Source of the DNA: Bacillota bacterium
GTDB lineage: Bacteria; Bacillota; DTU025
NCBI GenBank assembly: GCA_050951805.1
Contig: JBMNJT010000002.1
Location: forward strand, 256,001 to 320,000
Length of the DNA stretch: 64,000 bases
Direction: 5' to 3'
Each line of letters opens with the position of its first letter. The stretch's first letter is position 1. The position numbers and the translations under genes were made by a program. Positions 1 to 9,543 of this stretch are shown in pieces. The notes beneath the pieces are model-generated. The model made no database searches. It was not told the origin of the DNA and saw nothing but the letters and a program-made list of their open reading frames with translations.

Positions 1-770
1 TCAGAAAGAGTGCGCGACAGAATCTTTACGCTCGCCGTTAGCCCGGGCTTGAGCAGTTCGTGCCATCCATCAACAGATATCCTTACAGGGATGGTCACGA
101 TTCCGCCTTTGGGAACAGCCATTTGGGCGATGGAATCGACCTTCCCGGGAAGCTTCAGCCCGGGGATGGCGTCGAATGTTATAGTCGCTTCCATGCCTGG
201 GCTAACCCTAGTGAGGTCTATCTCATCTATCTCTATATCGACTACGTGCGAGGATGTGTCGATCACCGTGATCACGGGTTGGCCTGCCGTTACGTAGCTT
301 CCCACGCTCGCATTGACTGACACCGCTACTCCGTCGAAGGGTGCCCGTATACTGGCGAGTTTCTTCTCCGCGGTGCCGGTGTCGGGCGTGGGAACCCACT
401 CCTGTAGTGAACGCAAGTAGTCGCCAGGCAGAGAGGCGCTACTATTGGCCTCCAGCTCGCATACGACCGATCCCGCGGTTACACGGGAACCTTCTTCAAC
501 TTTGAGTCTCGTGATCCTTCCCGGCATGTCAAATGAGAGAGTTTTTGTGGCAATGGGCATGAGGTGGCCGGCGGCCGAAACGAACTCATGAACATCGCCA
601 GTTGATACGGCAATAGTTTCCTGGCCGGCTACGGCTGCGGCCAAGTGCGTCGACACTCCGTCGCGGTCGTGCTTGCCAGAAGAGACAATGAGAGTGATGA
701 CGGCGATCACTAATATAGCAACGATCCAGGGCCAACGCTTGCGAGGGCGTTGCTTTTCATCTCCCGACAC
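1..770 (-). CDS. Efflux RND/ABC transporter periplasmic adaptor (HlyD-family membrane fusion protein), runs off the left edge
   Basis: Not in the ORF track; translated by hand from GTG770 behind an AGGAGG RBS. N-terminal TM (WPWIVAILVIAVITLIV), GRITRLKVEEGSRV and IRAPFDGVAVSVNASVG lipoyl-like halves, EIDEIDLTRVSPGM and LKPGLTASV beta-barrel motifs. Confidence 0.85.
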   Translation of the reverse strand, partial: MSGDEKQRPRKRWPWIVAILVIAVITLIVSSGKHDRDGVSTHLAAAVAGQETIAVSTGDVHEFVSAAGHLMPIATKTLSFDMPGRITRLKVEEGSRVTAGSVVCELEANSSASLPGDYLRSLQEWVPTPDTGTAEKKLASIRAPFDGVAVSVNASVGSYVTAGQPVITVIDTSSHVVDIEIDEIDLTRVSPGMEATITFDAIPGLKLPGKVDSIAQMAVPKGGIVTIPVRISVDGWHELLKPGLTASVKILSRTLS

Positions 771-983
771 AGGTAAACACCTCCTGAGACTCGCTTGTTG
801 CCTGGGCAAGAATGCAGGCTCCTGCCAAATTGGGCCGATATTTGTATGCTTGCAAAGTGAAAGGTGTATTAGAAGGTCGGTACTTATTATACAGGATACT
901 TCTGAGCGGTGCTTATAGCCCCCAGGGATGATATTTGGCTGCATACGGGTGATCATCCTGTTCGGGGCCGCAGCGAGCAGGGC

Positions 984-1135
984 CTATGTTCCTTCGGCAT
1001 CAGGTGAGTATTTTAAGATGTCGCCTGGCCGGCAATCCAATGATGGCCTCAAGCGTGGAAAACCGGATTGCTTTGGCCTTTTCCGTCTTCAAGTTCGACA
1101 GGTGCCTACAGCATTCTAACGCTCGGTTAACTCCA
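984..1135 (-). pseudogene. Degraded YozG-like Cro/C1 HTH regulator
   Basis: Minus strand reads ELTER-stop, then LSNLKTEKAKAIRFSTLEAI, a frameshift, then LDCRPGDILKYSPDAEGT-stop. This matches the YozG-family pattern KAKAIRFSTLEAICxxLDCQPGDIL. Confidence 0.8.
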
Positions 1136-1136
1136 A

Positions 1137-1165
1137 TTGCCTATCTATCGGGCATGTGCTATCAT
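1137..1165 (+). promoter_or_regulatory. SigA-type promoter of the FMN riboswitch leader
   Basis: TTGCCT-N17-TATCAT with extended -10 TG. Confidence 0.7.
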
Positions 1166-1190
1166 ATTGATTGAAAAAGCGAATACGGTG

Positions 1191-1344
1191 GCCTTCAGGG
1201 CAGGGTGTAATTCCCGACCGGTGGTGAAGCTTCTCGGCGCATCTGGCGAAAGATGCGAGGTACTAGAGGCGAGTCCACGAACCGCAATGCGGCTGACCTG
1301 GTTAGAATCCAGGACCGACGGTAAGAGTCCGGATGAAAGAAGGC
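1191..1344 (+). ncRNA. FMN riboswitch (RFN element)
   Basis: Hallmark segments CTTCAGGGCAGGGTGTAATTCCCGACCGGTGGT, AGTCCACGA, GACCTGGT, AATCCAGGACCGACGGTAA and AGTCCGGATGAAAGAAG; located upstream of an ECF S-component. Confidence 0.95.
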
Positions 1345-1371
1345 GGCGTCTTGCAAAAGCGAGTCGACCTT

Positions 1372-1402
1372 AAGCCCCTGGGCCACAACCCAAGGGCTTT
1401 TT
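1372..1402 (+). terminator. Intrinsic terminator of the riboswitch expression platform
   Basis: AAGCCCCTGGG-loop-CCCAAGGGCTT followed by a T run, between the aptamer and the start codon. Confidence 0.75.
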
Positions 1403-1431
1403 CGATACATTTTTCCACGGGGGGTATCGTC

Positions 1432-2028
1432 ATGGGTCAGAATAGTCGCGCACAGTACAGACGCATAGCGACAATGGGGGTGCTTACGGCTCTTTCCATT
1501 GTGATGCTTCTAGTGCTCAGGATTCCTTTTCCGCCTGCGCCATTCCTCATCTATGAACCGGCTGATGTGGCGCTCCTCGTAGCCGGGTTTGCTTTGGGGC
1601 CTGTGTCGGGACTGGTGTGCACCGCAGTCGCCTGCGTGTTTCAGGCTTTGCTGCTCTCATCAGATGGATGGTTTGGGGGCCTCATGCATCTTATCTCGTC
1701 CGGCGCCTTAGTAGCAGTCTCTGCGATGATATACAGCAGGAATAAGACGAAGAGAGGCGCTTACTTGGCATTGCTCGCCGGCGGGGTGGCTATGGTTGCC
1801 GCGATGATCCCGGCTAACATCTTCCTGATTCCGATGTTCTATGGGATGCCAAGACAGGTTGTTGTGGACATGATCGGGTGGATTGTGCTCTTCAACGTGC
1901 TTAAAGCGGGGATCAACTCGGTTTTGACCGCGCTCGTATACAAGCCCATCTCAGGATTGATAAAGGCGGTTCCTTCAGGATCCGGGAGGTCGACGGTGAA
2001 GGCGGCCTCCAAGGAGACTTGGAGGTGA
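1432..2028 (+). CDS. ribU: ECF transporter S component, probable riboflavin transporter RibU
   Basis: Multi-TM protein with PFPPAPFLIYEPADV and FNVLKAGI motifs, under an FMN riboswitch. ATG1432 preferred over the ORF-track start inside the aptamer. Confidence 0.85.
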   Translation: MGQNSRAQYRRIATMGVLTALSIVMLLVLRIPFPPAPFLIYEPADVALLVAGFALGPVSGLVCTAVACVFQALLLSSDGWFGGLMHLISSGALVAVSAMIYSRNKTKRGAYLALLAGGVAMVAAMIPANIFLIPMFYGMPRQVVVDMIGWIVLFNVLKAGINSVLTALVYKPISGLIKAVPSGSGRSTVKAASKETWR

Positions 2029-2109
2029 CAGGCTGAGGTCCTGTTCAACCTGTTTCCGGATTGAATGGTCGAACGGACCGGAAGGTGTGGAGGCGGGGAC
2101 GTAATCGGT

Positions 2110-2154
2110 GCTTTTTGGGCCCGCGCTGCATCTGCGGCGGTTGGCCCAAAAAGC
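2110..2154. terminator. Bidirectional terminator between convergent genes
   Basis: GCTTTTTGGGCC...GGCCCAAAAAGC inverted repeat. Confidence 0.65.
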
Positions 2155-2173
2155 TTCTAGCCTGTTATCGACT

Positions 2174-2893
2174 TTATACCCAGAACGTGAAATATTGAAT
2201 CACGTATATTATCCATAGATGTGCTGGATAGAAAATGTAAAAGAACCACTTTGCCGCCTCGCCCCCGGGGCCTCGTTTGCCGTTGTAGAGGAAAAAGAAT
2301 GGAGTTGCAAATACCATCATCCATTGGTAATCGTACAGCAGGATATGCGTCTTGTTCAAAGCTGGGGATGGCCACGAGATCATGAGCGAGGTTGCGATGT
2401 ACATGATTGCCATCATCTTGGTGTTGTTGCGGAAAAAGTAGAATACTGAGATCATTGCGACGCCATATAAAGATGCTTCTGTTGACAGCGATACGGCAGC
2501 GATCGCAATAATCATCGGAATTCCCGTCCAGTACTTGCCCGTCTCCCGGGTCCATTCGAATGCGCTCATGAGAGCGACGCCAAGCCCAAGCGAAACAAAA
2601 ATGTTGTTCGGGATCCCCACTGGAGTCGGCATGAAATGCGTCAGAATGCGGGAGCCAACATACATCACCGCTGCCCCCAGAAACAGCCTGGCCATGTAGT
2701 TGACCCTGCTTCTGGTGTGAAAAAAGCCTTCAACAGTCAGGTAGAAGAATATTGGGGCAACTATACGCCCGAGATAGCCAAACCATATTGGGGCGCTAGG
2801 GAAATACTCGAGTACGTGGTCGAGCACCATCAGGGCCGCAGCGATCAGTTTCAGGTCGAAGCCATTCAGAATACCTTCTCTGCTATTTCCCAA
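2174..2893 (-). CDS. TraX-family membrane protein (putative acyltransferase)
   Basis: LKLIAAALMVLDH, GRIVAPIF..VEGFFHTRSR, NIF and YNGKRG..KWFFYIFYPAHL motifs. Confidence 0.85.
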   Translation of the reverse strand: MGNSREGILNGFDLKLIAAALMVLDHVLEYFPSAPIWFGYLGRIVAPIFFYLTVEGFFHTRSRVNYMARLFLGAAVMYVGSRILTHFMPTPVGIPNNIFVSLGLGVALMSAFEWTRETGKYWTGIPMIIAIAAVSLSTEASLYGVAMISVFYFFRNNTKMMAIMYIATSLMISWPSPALNKTHILLYDYQWMMVFATPFFFLYNGKRGPGGEAAKWFFYIFYPAHLWIIYVIQYFTFWV

Positions 2894-3130
2894 GGAGATT
2901 CTCCTCTCGACTTATAGGCGATAGGCTGACATAATTAAGTCAGACTTGCCAGTGCACATGCTGGGCCGAGGACAAGGGAATATGTCTCCAGAAGATTTGG
3001 TTCGATCGAGGTTGGTATGAACAATCTTATCACCAGCACTCCTCGCGTTCAATCGTTTCGAGGATGTAGATATCGGTGGAGCTAAAGATGCTCGGGCCAG
3101 GCATCTGTCGGCAACTTGGAGGGCGAGCGC

Positions 3131-3805
3131 ATGAGAACTGTCTTTAACATAATCGGCCCCGTGATGGTTGGGCCCTCTTCTTCGCACACCGCAGGCGCGG
3201 TTCGAATCGGACTTGCAGCCCGCGCCATTATCGGCGGCCAACCTTCCCGGGCTGTGATAACCCTGTACGGCTCCTTTGCTACGACATACGGGGGCCACGG
3301 TACTGACTTGGCGCTCATTGCAGGCTTGCTGGGGATGAGTCCGGACGATGAGCGCATTCCGGACGCCTGGCGTCTGGCAGCTCAGAGCGGACTGGATGTG
3401 AAATTCGAGGTCGCGGAAGCGTCGCCGGATATCCATCCGAACACCGCCAAACTGGAGCTGGTTGGGCCTTTCGGCGCGACCACTTCGGTAGTAGGCTCAT
3501 CTATCGGGGGAGGTAGTATCCTCATCACCAAGATCGACCATTTCGAGGTTGACTTTTCCGGTGAAAGCCATGCTATTGTCGTCGCATACAGAGATCAGCC
3601 TGGCATAATCGCGAAGATCACCTCTTTGTTGGCTACTGAAGATGTGAATATAGCTGCCATGCGCGTGTCTCGTGAAGCAAAACACGCGAAGGCGTTGGCG
3701 ATTATCGAAGTTGACCAGCCGGTTTCGGACGAGGCACGGGCGTTGATCTCGCGCATCGTTGGTGTGGACACAGCAATATCGCTGCCGCCGGTGTCATTGG
3801 CCTAG
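3131..3805 (+). CDS. sdaAB: L-serine dehydratase, Fe-S dependent, beta subunit
   Basis: IIGPVMVGPSSSHTAGA, YGSFATTYGGHGTD, HPNT, SIGGG; C-terminal ACT domain. Confidence 0.95.
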   Translation: MRTVFNIIGPVMVGPSSSHTAGAVRIGLAARAIIGGQPSRAVITLYGSFATTYGGHGTDLALIAGLLGMSPDDERIPDAWRLAAQSGLDVKFEVAEASPDIHPNTAKLELVGPFGATTSVVGSSIGGGSILITKIDHFEVDFSGESHAIVVAYRDQPGIIAKITSLLATEDVNIAAMRVSREAKHAKALAIIEVDQPVSDEARALISRIVGVDTAISLPPVSLA

Positions 3806-3817
3806 GAGGGAATTTAC

Positions 3818-4717
3818 ATGGCAATTACTACCCTTGCGGAGCTAGTGGAGGAAGCTTCTAGCCGTGGCGTGAGCATCGGCGCAATCGTGCGCGAGAGAGA
3901 GGCCGAGCAGAGCGGACGCCCGGAAGATGATCTTGACGCCGATATGAGGGAGCGGCTTGGAGTTATGAGGTCAGCTGTGGACCGGGGGCTTGCGGGAGTG
4001 CGGTCCAGAAGCGGCCTTACTGGGGGGGACGGGCCCCGCATGGCATCTGCCAGAATGAACGGGGAGACGATCTGTGGAGAGCCATTCGATTCGGCCCTGG
4101 CTTATGCTTTGGCTGTGGCGGAAGTCAACGCATCAATGGGGCGGATTGTCGCCGCGCCGACCGCCGGATCGTGCGGGGTGCTTCCGGGTGTGTTGCTCTC
4201 AGTGGGAGAGAGGCTATGCGTGGATGATTTAGCTCTCGTGGAGGCCCTATTTGCCGCGGGAGGCGTTGGCGCTGTGATCGAGCGAAGCAGTACGCTTTCG
4301 GGAGCGGCCGCCGGATGCCAGGCTGAATGCGGGTCGGCTGCAGCCATGGCCTCAGCAGCCGCTGTGCAGCTTGCAGGAGGCTCCCCCGAGGCTTGCGCCA
4401 GTGCCGTTGCGATAGCCTTCAAGGGCCTCCTCGGCCTCGTCTGCGACCCCGTGGCGGGACTGGTTGAAGTGCCTTGCATCAAGCGGAACGCGACATCAGT
4501 TGCGGTTGCCCTCGCTGCCGCGGACATGGCTCTTGCCGGAATCAGAAGCGTTATTCCAGCAGACGAGGTCATAGAAGCAATGGGCTCGATCGGCCGCGCC
4601 CTTCCGCCGTCACTGCGCGAAACAGCCCTTGGCGGATTAGCGGTGACTCCGACCGGCAAGAAGGTTGCATCGGGTATCTCCGTTCTCGGTCATGGGAATT
4701 GTGGCCTTGATGCGTAG
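3818..4717 (+). CDS. sdaAA: L-serine dehydratase, Fe-S dependent, alpha subunit
   Basis: EVNASMGRIVAAPTAGSCG, GCQAECG, LGLVCDPVAGLVEVPCIKRN, LRETALGGLA. Confidence 0.95.
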   Translation: MAITTLAELVEEASSRGVSIGAIVREREAEQSGRPEDDLDADMRERLGVMRSAVDRGLAGVRSRSGLTGGDGPRMASARMNGETICGEPFDSALAYALAVAEVNASMGRIVAAPTAGSCGVLPGVLLSVGERLCVDDLALVEALFAAGGVGAVIERSSTLSGAAAGCQAECGSAAAMASAAAVQLAGGSPEACASAVAIAFKGLLGLVCDPVAGLVEVPCIKRNATSVAVALAAADMALAGIRSVIPADEVIEAMGSIGRALPPSLRETALGGLAVTPTGKKVASGISVLGHGNCGLDA

Positions 4718-5048
4718 ACGGGCAGTTCGGGCGGAGGCATCGCGGTTTCACGCGTTAAACGTTATCCGGGAGAGTCACAACTGTAGGCAAGCAGCCTCGT
4801 CCGGGGCTCGGAGGCGCTACGCGCCGGCGCTTTCAGTTTTAGCCTCGACCATAATGGGACATAGCGAATACTTCGTACCAAGCAAAGTGATAAGCGAGTG
4901 GATGCCGGGTCGTAATTGAAGGCAGCATGATTTGACTCGTGTGATGTTGTGTCTTTCCTGAGGGCCTTTGTAAGAGATCCCCGAGGGAGTGGTGGAGCGG
5001 TCTGGGCAGCGTTTGACAGCAATTCGGAGACCAGACACGGACAGACAC

Positions 5049-5077
5049 TTGCATATCCGTCTCGGGATGCGTATAAT
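5049..5077 (+). promoter_or_regulatory. SigA promoter of tRNA-Gly
   Basis: TTGCAT-N17-TATAAT. Confidence 0.8.
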
Positions 5078-5110
5078 AAGTGTAGTGAAGATCCATACTG
5101 TAGATTACGA

Positions 5111-5185
5111 GCGGATGTAGCCCAGTGGTAGGGCAACGGCTTCCCAAGCCGTGAGTCGCGGGTTCGAATCCCGTCATCCGCTCCA
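5111..5185 (+). tRNA. tRNA-Gly (anticodon CCC)
   Basis: GCGGATG/CATCCGC acceptor stem, anticodon arm ACGGC-TTCCCAA-GCCGT, GGTTCGAATCC T-loop, encoded CCA end. Confidence 0.97.
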
Positions 5186-5228
5186 TTTATTTTCCCTGCG
5201 GCTTTTCCGTCACATGTTCAAGGCTTAC

Positions 5229-6548
5229 TTAGAATGCTCTTTCCAGCACCTCCATTATTTCACCGTAGGTTGCAGGCCGGTTAGGTATCCCAAATGAGGC
5301 TCCGCTTTCAAGCTCGTTTGAGGCAATCCAATCCAGATCGCACCTGGTGAGCCCGGCGCTTCCAAGTGAAGTTGGCAGATCGGCGGCGGTGAAAAGCTGG
5401 TCGATGAGATCCTCCAGCCACTCAATCAACCGATCAGGCACAGTGCATCGCTCGTTTGATGCCATGCCTTCTCTAATACCTTCCAGTTCAAAAGCGTCAT
5501 CTTGATCCAATGCCAGCAACGCCTGTTCGGCTTTGCATAGCCGTTTTGCAGTCTCTTTGTCGGCAGCTGCTTGAATCTCGAGCCCCGGGGCTAGGAGTAT
5601 TCCCACCATGTTGCCGTGGCTCAAGCCAAATCTGAGGCAATGGTGGACTAGGGCGTGGGGAAGGCCGAGGTGGGCATGGGCGAAAGCTATCCCCATCAGG
5701 AGGCTCCCCCAACAGAGTCGGTCGCGGACATCCGATTCTGGTCTCTCTGTTGCGCAGGAGAGCGCCTTCAGGCCTTCCGCAAGGTTGAGAAAGGCTGCGA
5801 GGGCCACAGATTGCACCCCCATTGGTGCTCCGGCGCTGGTAAAAACCTCCAGGGACTGTGCCAGTGCGTCGATTGCGGACACAACTGTAGGGCCGAACGG
5901 CAGGGAGTCTGTGAGAGAAGGATCCGCAAGTATCATGAACGGAGGGGGTATAGGCCGGATGCTCCGCTTCTCTTCGCCCAGTTCCACAACGGCATTATTG
6001 GAGCTTTCGGAGCCAGTTCCTGATGTAGTGGGCACCGCGATCCAAGGGAGAGCTTGCTTGGGGTTGATTGACCTCTTTTTCAACTGAAAGGAAGCTATAT
6101 CACTACCTCCGTCTTGGAGCGCCAAACCTGCTATCGCCTTGCCTACATCGAGGGTAGTCCCGCCGCCGATCGCCATAACCAGTGCGGCATCGGTCTTGCG
6201 GGCAATGTCTATTCCCTCACGGATGATAGCATGGTCGGCGTGGCCCCGGACATCGAGGAGGCGCACACGGGGTTCTTCCATCGACTGTAGCCCTTCGATC
6301 ATTGAGCAGACTTGGGGCGCCTTCGAACTTGACGCGCCGACTACTGCGAGGACGTTGGATCCTGTAGGCAAGGCGTTGAGGGCATTGACTGCCCGTCGCA
6401 ACGCGCCGTAGCGCCGAAAAACAATATGTTCGGACGATAAGGGGAGCGCTGTACGGTCAAGGTTCACATCGCCTGACAGTGCATCGTATTCCACAAGCTC
6501 CGGCGGGACCCAGAACCTGCTATTGCAGTGTCTGCCGATTTCGATCAT
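5229..6548 (-). CDS. Iron-containing alcohol dehydrogenase family protein
   Basis: AIGGGTTLDVGKA, AVPTTSGTGSE, DALAQSLE, LGLPHALVHH and SHG motifs. ATG6548 follows a GGAG RBS. Confidence 0.85.
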   Translation of the reverse strand: MIEIGRHCNSRFWVPPELVEYDALSGDVNLDRTALPLSSEHIVFRRYGALRRAVNALNALPTGSNVLAVVGASSSKAPQVCSMIEGLQSMEEPRVRLLDVRGHADHAIIREGIDIARKTDAALVMAIGGGTTLDVGKAIAGLALQDGGSDIASFQLKKRSINPKQALPWIAVPTTSGTGSESSNNAVVELGEEKRSIRPIPPPFMILADPSLTDSLPFGPTVVSAIDALAQSLEVFTSAGAPMGVQSVALAAFLNLAEGLKALSCATERPESDVRDRLCWGSLLMGIAFAHAHLGLPHALVHHCLRFGLSHGNMVGILLAPGLEIQAAADKETAKRLCKAEQALLALDQDDAFELEGIREGMASNERCTVPDRLIEWLEDLIDQLFTAADLPTSLGSAGLTRCDLDWIASNELESGASFGIPNRPATYGEIMEVLERAF

Positions 6549-6601
6549 AATTTCTCCACCAACTTCTTGATCATGCAAGGCATGGTATGCTTGGTACTAC
6601 T

Positions 6602-6629
6602 GTTCCACGCAGCGGTCTGATTTTCCTCG
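6602..6629 (-). promoter_or_regulatory. Possible SigH-like promoter of the dehydrogenase gene
   Basis: Minus strand CGAGGAAAA-N12-GTGGAAC resembles RNAGGAWWW-N11/12-RNNGAAT. Confidence 0.4.
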
Positions 6630-6818
6630 TGTTGCACATGTTAGCAAGCCTTGAGCAACCATCCCCAGGGCTATTCGGATGCATTTCTTCATGGATTATG
6701 GGGCGTTCGCCCAACCCGAATCGAGCGGGAACGGATACGCCACGCCGTGCACCTTGAAAGTGCTAGGCGTGGCGTAATGTGTTCCTGCATTATGCATAAT
6801 GACTTGAGCCATGTCGGC

Positions 6819-8000
6819 TCAGTCGAAGACTACTCTGTCCGGCGCCGCACTGTTGGGGTCGAGGAGGTAGCTGCCCAATCCGTTTGCTACCACTTCGTCC
6901 CTGAGCGGCAGGTTCACATAACCGATTTCTCTACCCGGTTCGAACTCGTTGAACATGGTGATAATCATGTCTATAGTCGAGTTGGTTCGCCCGACGCGCT
7001 CATCGATGGGCCATCCGTTTTCGTCGATGCTCTCGTAGAGCAGACCGTGTTCGCCGGCTTTCATCACGAACTCGTCTTTCCCTTCCAGAAGCAGCTTCTC
7101 ATCGGTGACTCCGCGCACTCTATCGAGGAAGGGTTCTGGAACCTCAATCTCAAATGCTAGAGCATCGGTGAAATCGCCCACTTCTCTATGGGATAATCCA
7201 TGGAGTGTTTCGGGAGAGTACTCCATGCCCATGTGGAACTCGGTGGAAGAGAGCATCATCGAAGCCATGCTCGCGATATCTGCAGCATTCTGGTGCGCCA
7301 CTATTGTGCTGATAACTGAGTACTCTAGCTCTGCTTCGTGCAGGTCAAAGAAGAGATCTACGTTTTCCTGCTTGATCAAGTCTATGAAAGCAGCGCAAGT
7401 CCTTTCAGTTATCATGCCGTTGTGTCTGCCGGGCCAGGTGCGGTTGAGGTTGCGAACATCCATGTATGCAAGCAATTGCTTGCTGGGATAGTTGATGTAA
7501 ACCTCAGGATCTGGCCAGGAGTCGAGGGGATTGCTCCACCTGTCTCCCATCCTGAACGTTCTTTCGCCAAAATCCGTTTTGATGCTGTAATACAGCGGAT
7601 ATGCGTCGCCCGGCCTGGTTACCGTGGATGCGCTGTAATTTCCGCGCACCGCAACGAGAATTTTCCCATTAGTGGGGATCACGTTCTCCACTATTGTCAC
7701 AGCGGAAAGCACGCCCGCGGGTTCCTCAGGGTGTGTTCCACCTAAAACGAACACGGTTCCCCCGGGTTCGCCACTGTCAAGCACGTATATGTTGCAGTCA
7801 TTGATGGTACCTTTGACTGCTGGAGAGTAGTCTGACAGCTTCTTGACTTCGGTGACTCCAGGTCCGAGCACTACGGGTTCATCGAAGTGGCGATGCCCGT
7901 ATATCTCCTTTCCGCCGGGAATCACGACGGCAAGCCATAGGACGATGACAATGAGCATTGCCCATCTGTTTACGCCATTTTGATCTTTCTTCTTAGACAT
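6819..8000 (-). CDS. Membrane-anchored succinylglutamate desuccinylase/aspartoacylase-family (M14 zinc) deacylase or peptidase
   Basis: GGTHPEE (HxxE), NLNRTWPGR and DLHE motifs; single N-terminal TM. Confidence 0.85.
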   Translation of the reverse strand: MSKKKDQNGVNRWAMLIVIVLWLAVVIPGGKEIYGHRHFDEPVVLGPGVTEVKKLSDYSPAVKGTINDCNIYVLDSGEPGGTVFVLGGTHPEEPAGVLSAVTIVENVIPTNGKILVAVRGNYSASTVTRPGDAYPLYYSIKTDFGERTFRMGDRWSNPLDSWPDPEVYINYPSKQLLAYMDVRNLNRTWPGRHNGMITERTCAAFIDLIKQENVDLFFDLHEAELEYSVISTIVAHQNAADIASMASMMLSSTEFHMGMEYSPETLHGLSHREVGDFTDALAFEIEVPEPFLDRVRGVTDEKLLLEGKDEFVMKAGEHGLLYESIDENGWPIDERVGRTNSTIDMIITMFNEFEPGREIGYVNLPLRDEVVANGLGSYLLDPNSAAPDRVVFD

Positions 8001-8028
8001 GCGTGTATGCCGCCTCCTTCCACAGCCT

Positions 8029-8184
8029 CTACTTGATGCGCGCTACACGAAGCGCGAATGGGATTAGCACCGCGGCATACAAGATCACCTTTTTGATGTC
8101 TTTGGCGCGGAACATGTTAAACATGAGCACGGCGGTTATCATTGCCGTAATTACATAGTACAAAACGCTTATAACGCTCTGCAT
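8029..8184 (-). CDS. Small two-TM membrane protein (51 aa)
   Basis: GGAGGA RBS before ATG8184; two hydrophobic helices; sits inside the operon. Confidence 0.75.
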   Translation of the reverse strand: MQSVISVLYYVITAMITAVLMFNMFRAKDIKKVILYAAVLIPFALRVARIK

Positions 8185-8203
8185 GTGACATTCCTCCGTT
8201 CGT

Positions 8204-9490
8204 TCATCCACGGGCCAAAAATCCCAGCTTTGGGCTGAAGACTACGAACAGCGTTCCTATGACCAACACGAACAGCGCCGGCACGAGACACTGCTTGAGG
8301 AAGGCCTTGTAGTCTCCATCGTATCCCACAGCCATGACAGCTCCCCTTCCAACAGGGGCAGTCGGCGGCAGGCAGTCTCCCAATGGCCACATTGACGCCA
8401 TGCCCGCCAGAGCTATTACGGGATCATAACCCTTCATGTTGAGAAGGAACACCAACGGAACTCCCAACAGAGGGGCCGAAGCATACTGGAATATTCCCTC
8501 GGATACCGGAAGCACCACGAAGAGCGCCGCGAATATGGCTGCCAGCGGCATGGTGACCACCGAAAGAGATATCAAGCCTCTTGCGCCCGATAGAGCCATG
8601 ATCTGCACGAGTATCCCCACTATTGTTACTGTGCTTATCAGTGGCAGAAGATCCTCGACTGTATTCGAAAGGATCTCGAATACTCGCAACTTGACCGGAG
8701 ATAGGAGCACTACTGCCAGAGCTGAGAGCATGAAGGCAAGCGGAAGGCCTATAACCGGCATCGAAAAGGGAAACTGTCTGCCCAGTATGATGATGCCGAA
8801 GAAGACGACAAATGGTATCGCCACCTTGTACCAAGCCATGCCTTCAGGCGCCTCAGGAATTTCTTTCAAAGCTTGCTCGGCATCTATGGGCTTGCTCCCG
8901 CGTGCCAAATAGAATATGGAGAACAGTGCACCTGCGACAGATATTATGCCGAGAGGCAGAGTGAATCCAACATAGGGCATGTTAGCGCCGGCCGCCGCCA
9001 TCATCGCCCAAAGGTTGATCGGAGGCGCAGCTGCGCTCATTGCCGATCCCATGAACACGGCGGCTGCGACCCGATCTTTAGGGATGCCCATATAGCTTAG
9101 GACAGTGCCCACGAATGATCCGACGACGAGCACAGTCACTGTGCCGGATCCGGTCAGGGCGCCGGGAACGAGCATTATTAGTGTAAGAAGCAGAAGAAGC
9201 GCCACACGGTTCTTGTGAAACTTCGATATAATGCCTCTCACAATGTAGGTTACTCCTCCTGCTTCCTTCAGCAGGTTCATGAAGAACGTAGCTGTGATGA
9301 ATATGAAAACCACATCGAAATATGTGAAGGTCCCCTCCACGATGTGGCGGGCAGGGATCCCTGCCCCATGCGCGATGGCGCCTGCTATTGCCGCAATGAG
9401 CATAGATATTTCAGTGCCCAAGCGGAGTAGGATCGCGATCACGAAGGCGACGGCTATCACCGCCAGGACCATAGCTGCGTGAGCATACAC
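8204..9490 (-). CDS. DctM-like (TRAP large permease / ion-transporter superfamily) membrane transporter
   Basis: About 11-12 hydrophobic segments; PGALTGSG, AAPPINLWAM and GDCLPPTA hairpin motifs. Confidence 0.8.
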   Translation of the reverse strand: MYAHAAMVLAVIAVAFVIAILLRLGTEISMLIAAIAGAIAHGAGIPARHIVEGTFTYFDVVFIFITATFFMNLLKEAGGVTYIVRGIISKFHKNRVALLLLLTLIMLVPGALTGSGTVTVLVVGSFVGTVLSYMGIPKDRVAAAVFMGSAMSAAAPPINLWAMMAAAGANMPYVGFTLPLGIISVAGALFSIFYLARGSKPIDAEQALKEIPEAPEGMAWYKVAIPFVVFFGIIILGRQFPFSMPVIGLPLAFMLSALAVVLLSPVKLRVFEILSNTVEDLLPLISTVTIVGILVQIMALSGARGLISLSVVTMPLAAIFAALFVVLPVSEGIFQYASAPLLGVPLVFLLNMKGYDPVIALAGMASMWPLGDCLPPTAPVGRGAVMAVGYDGDYKAFLKQCLVPALFVLVIGTLFVVFSPKLGFLARG

Positions 9491-9543
9491 AGGTTATTCC
9501 ACCTCGTCCTAGTACAAATTAAGGCGTTAAGCTCTCTTGTCTA

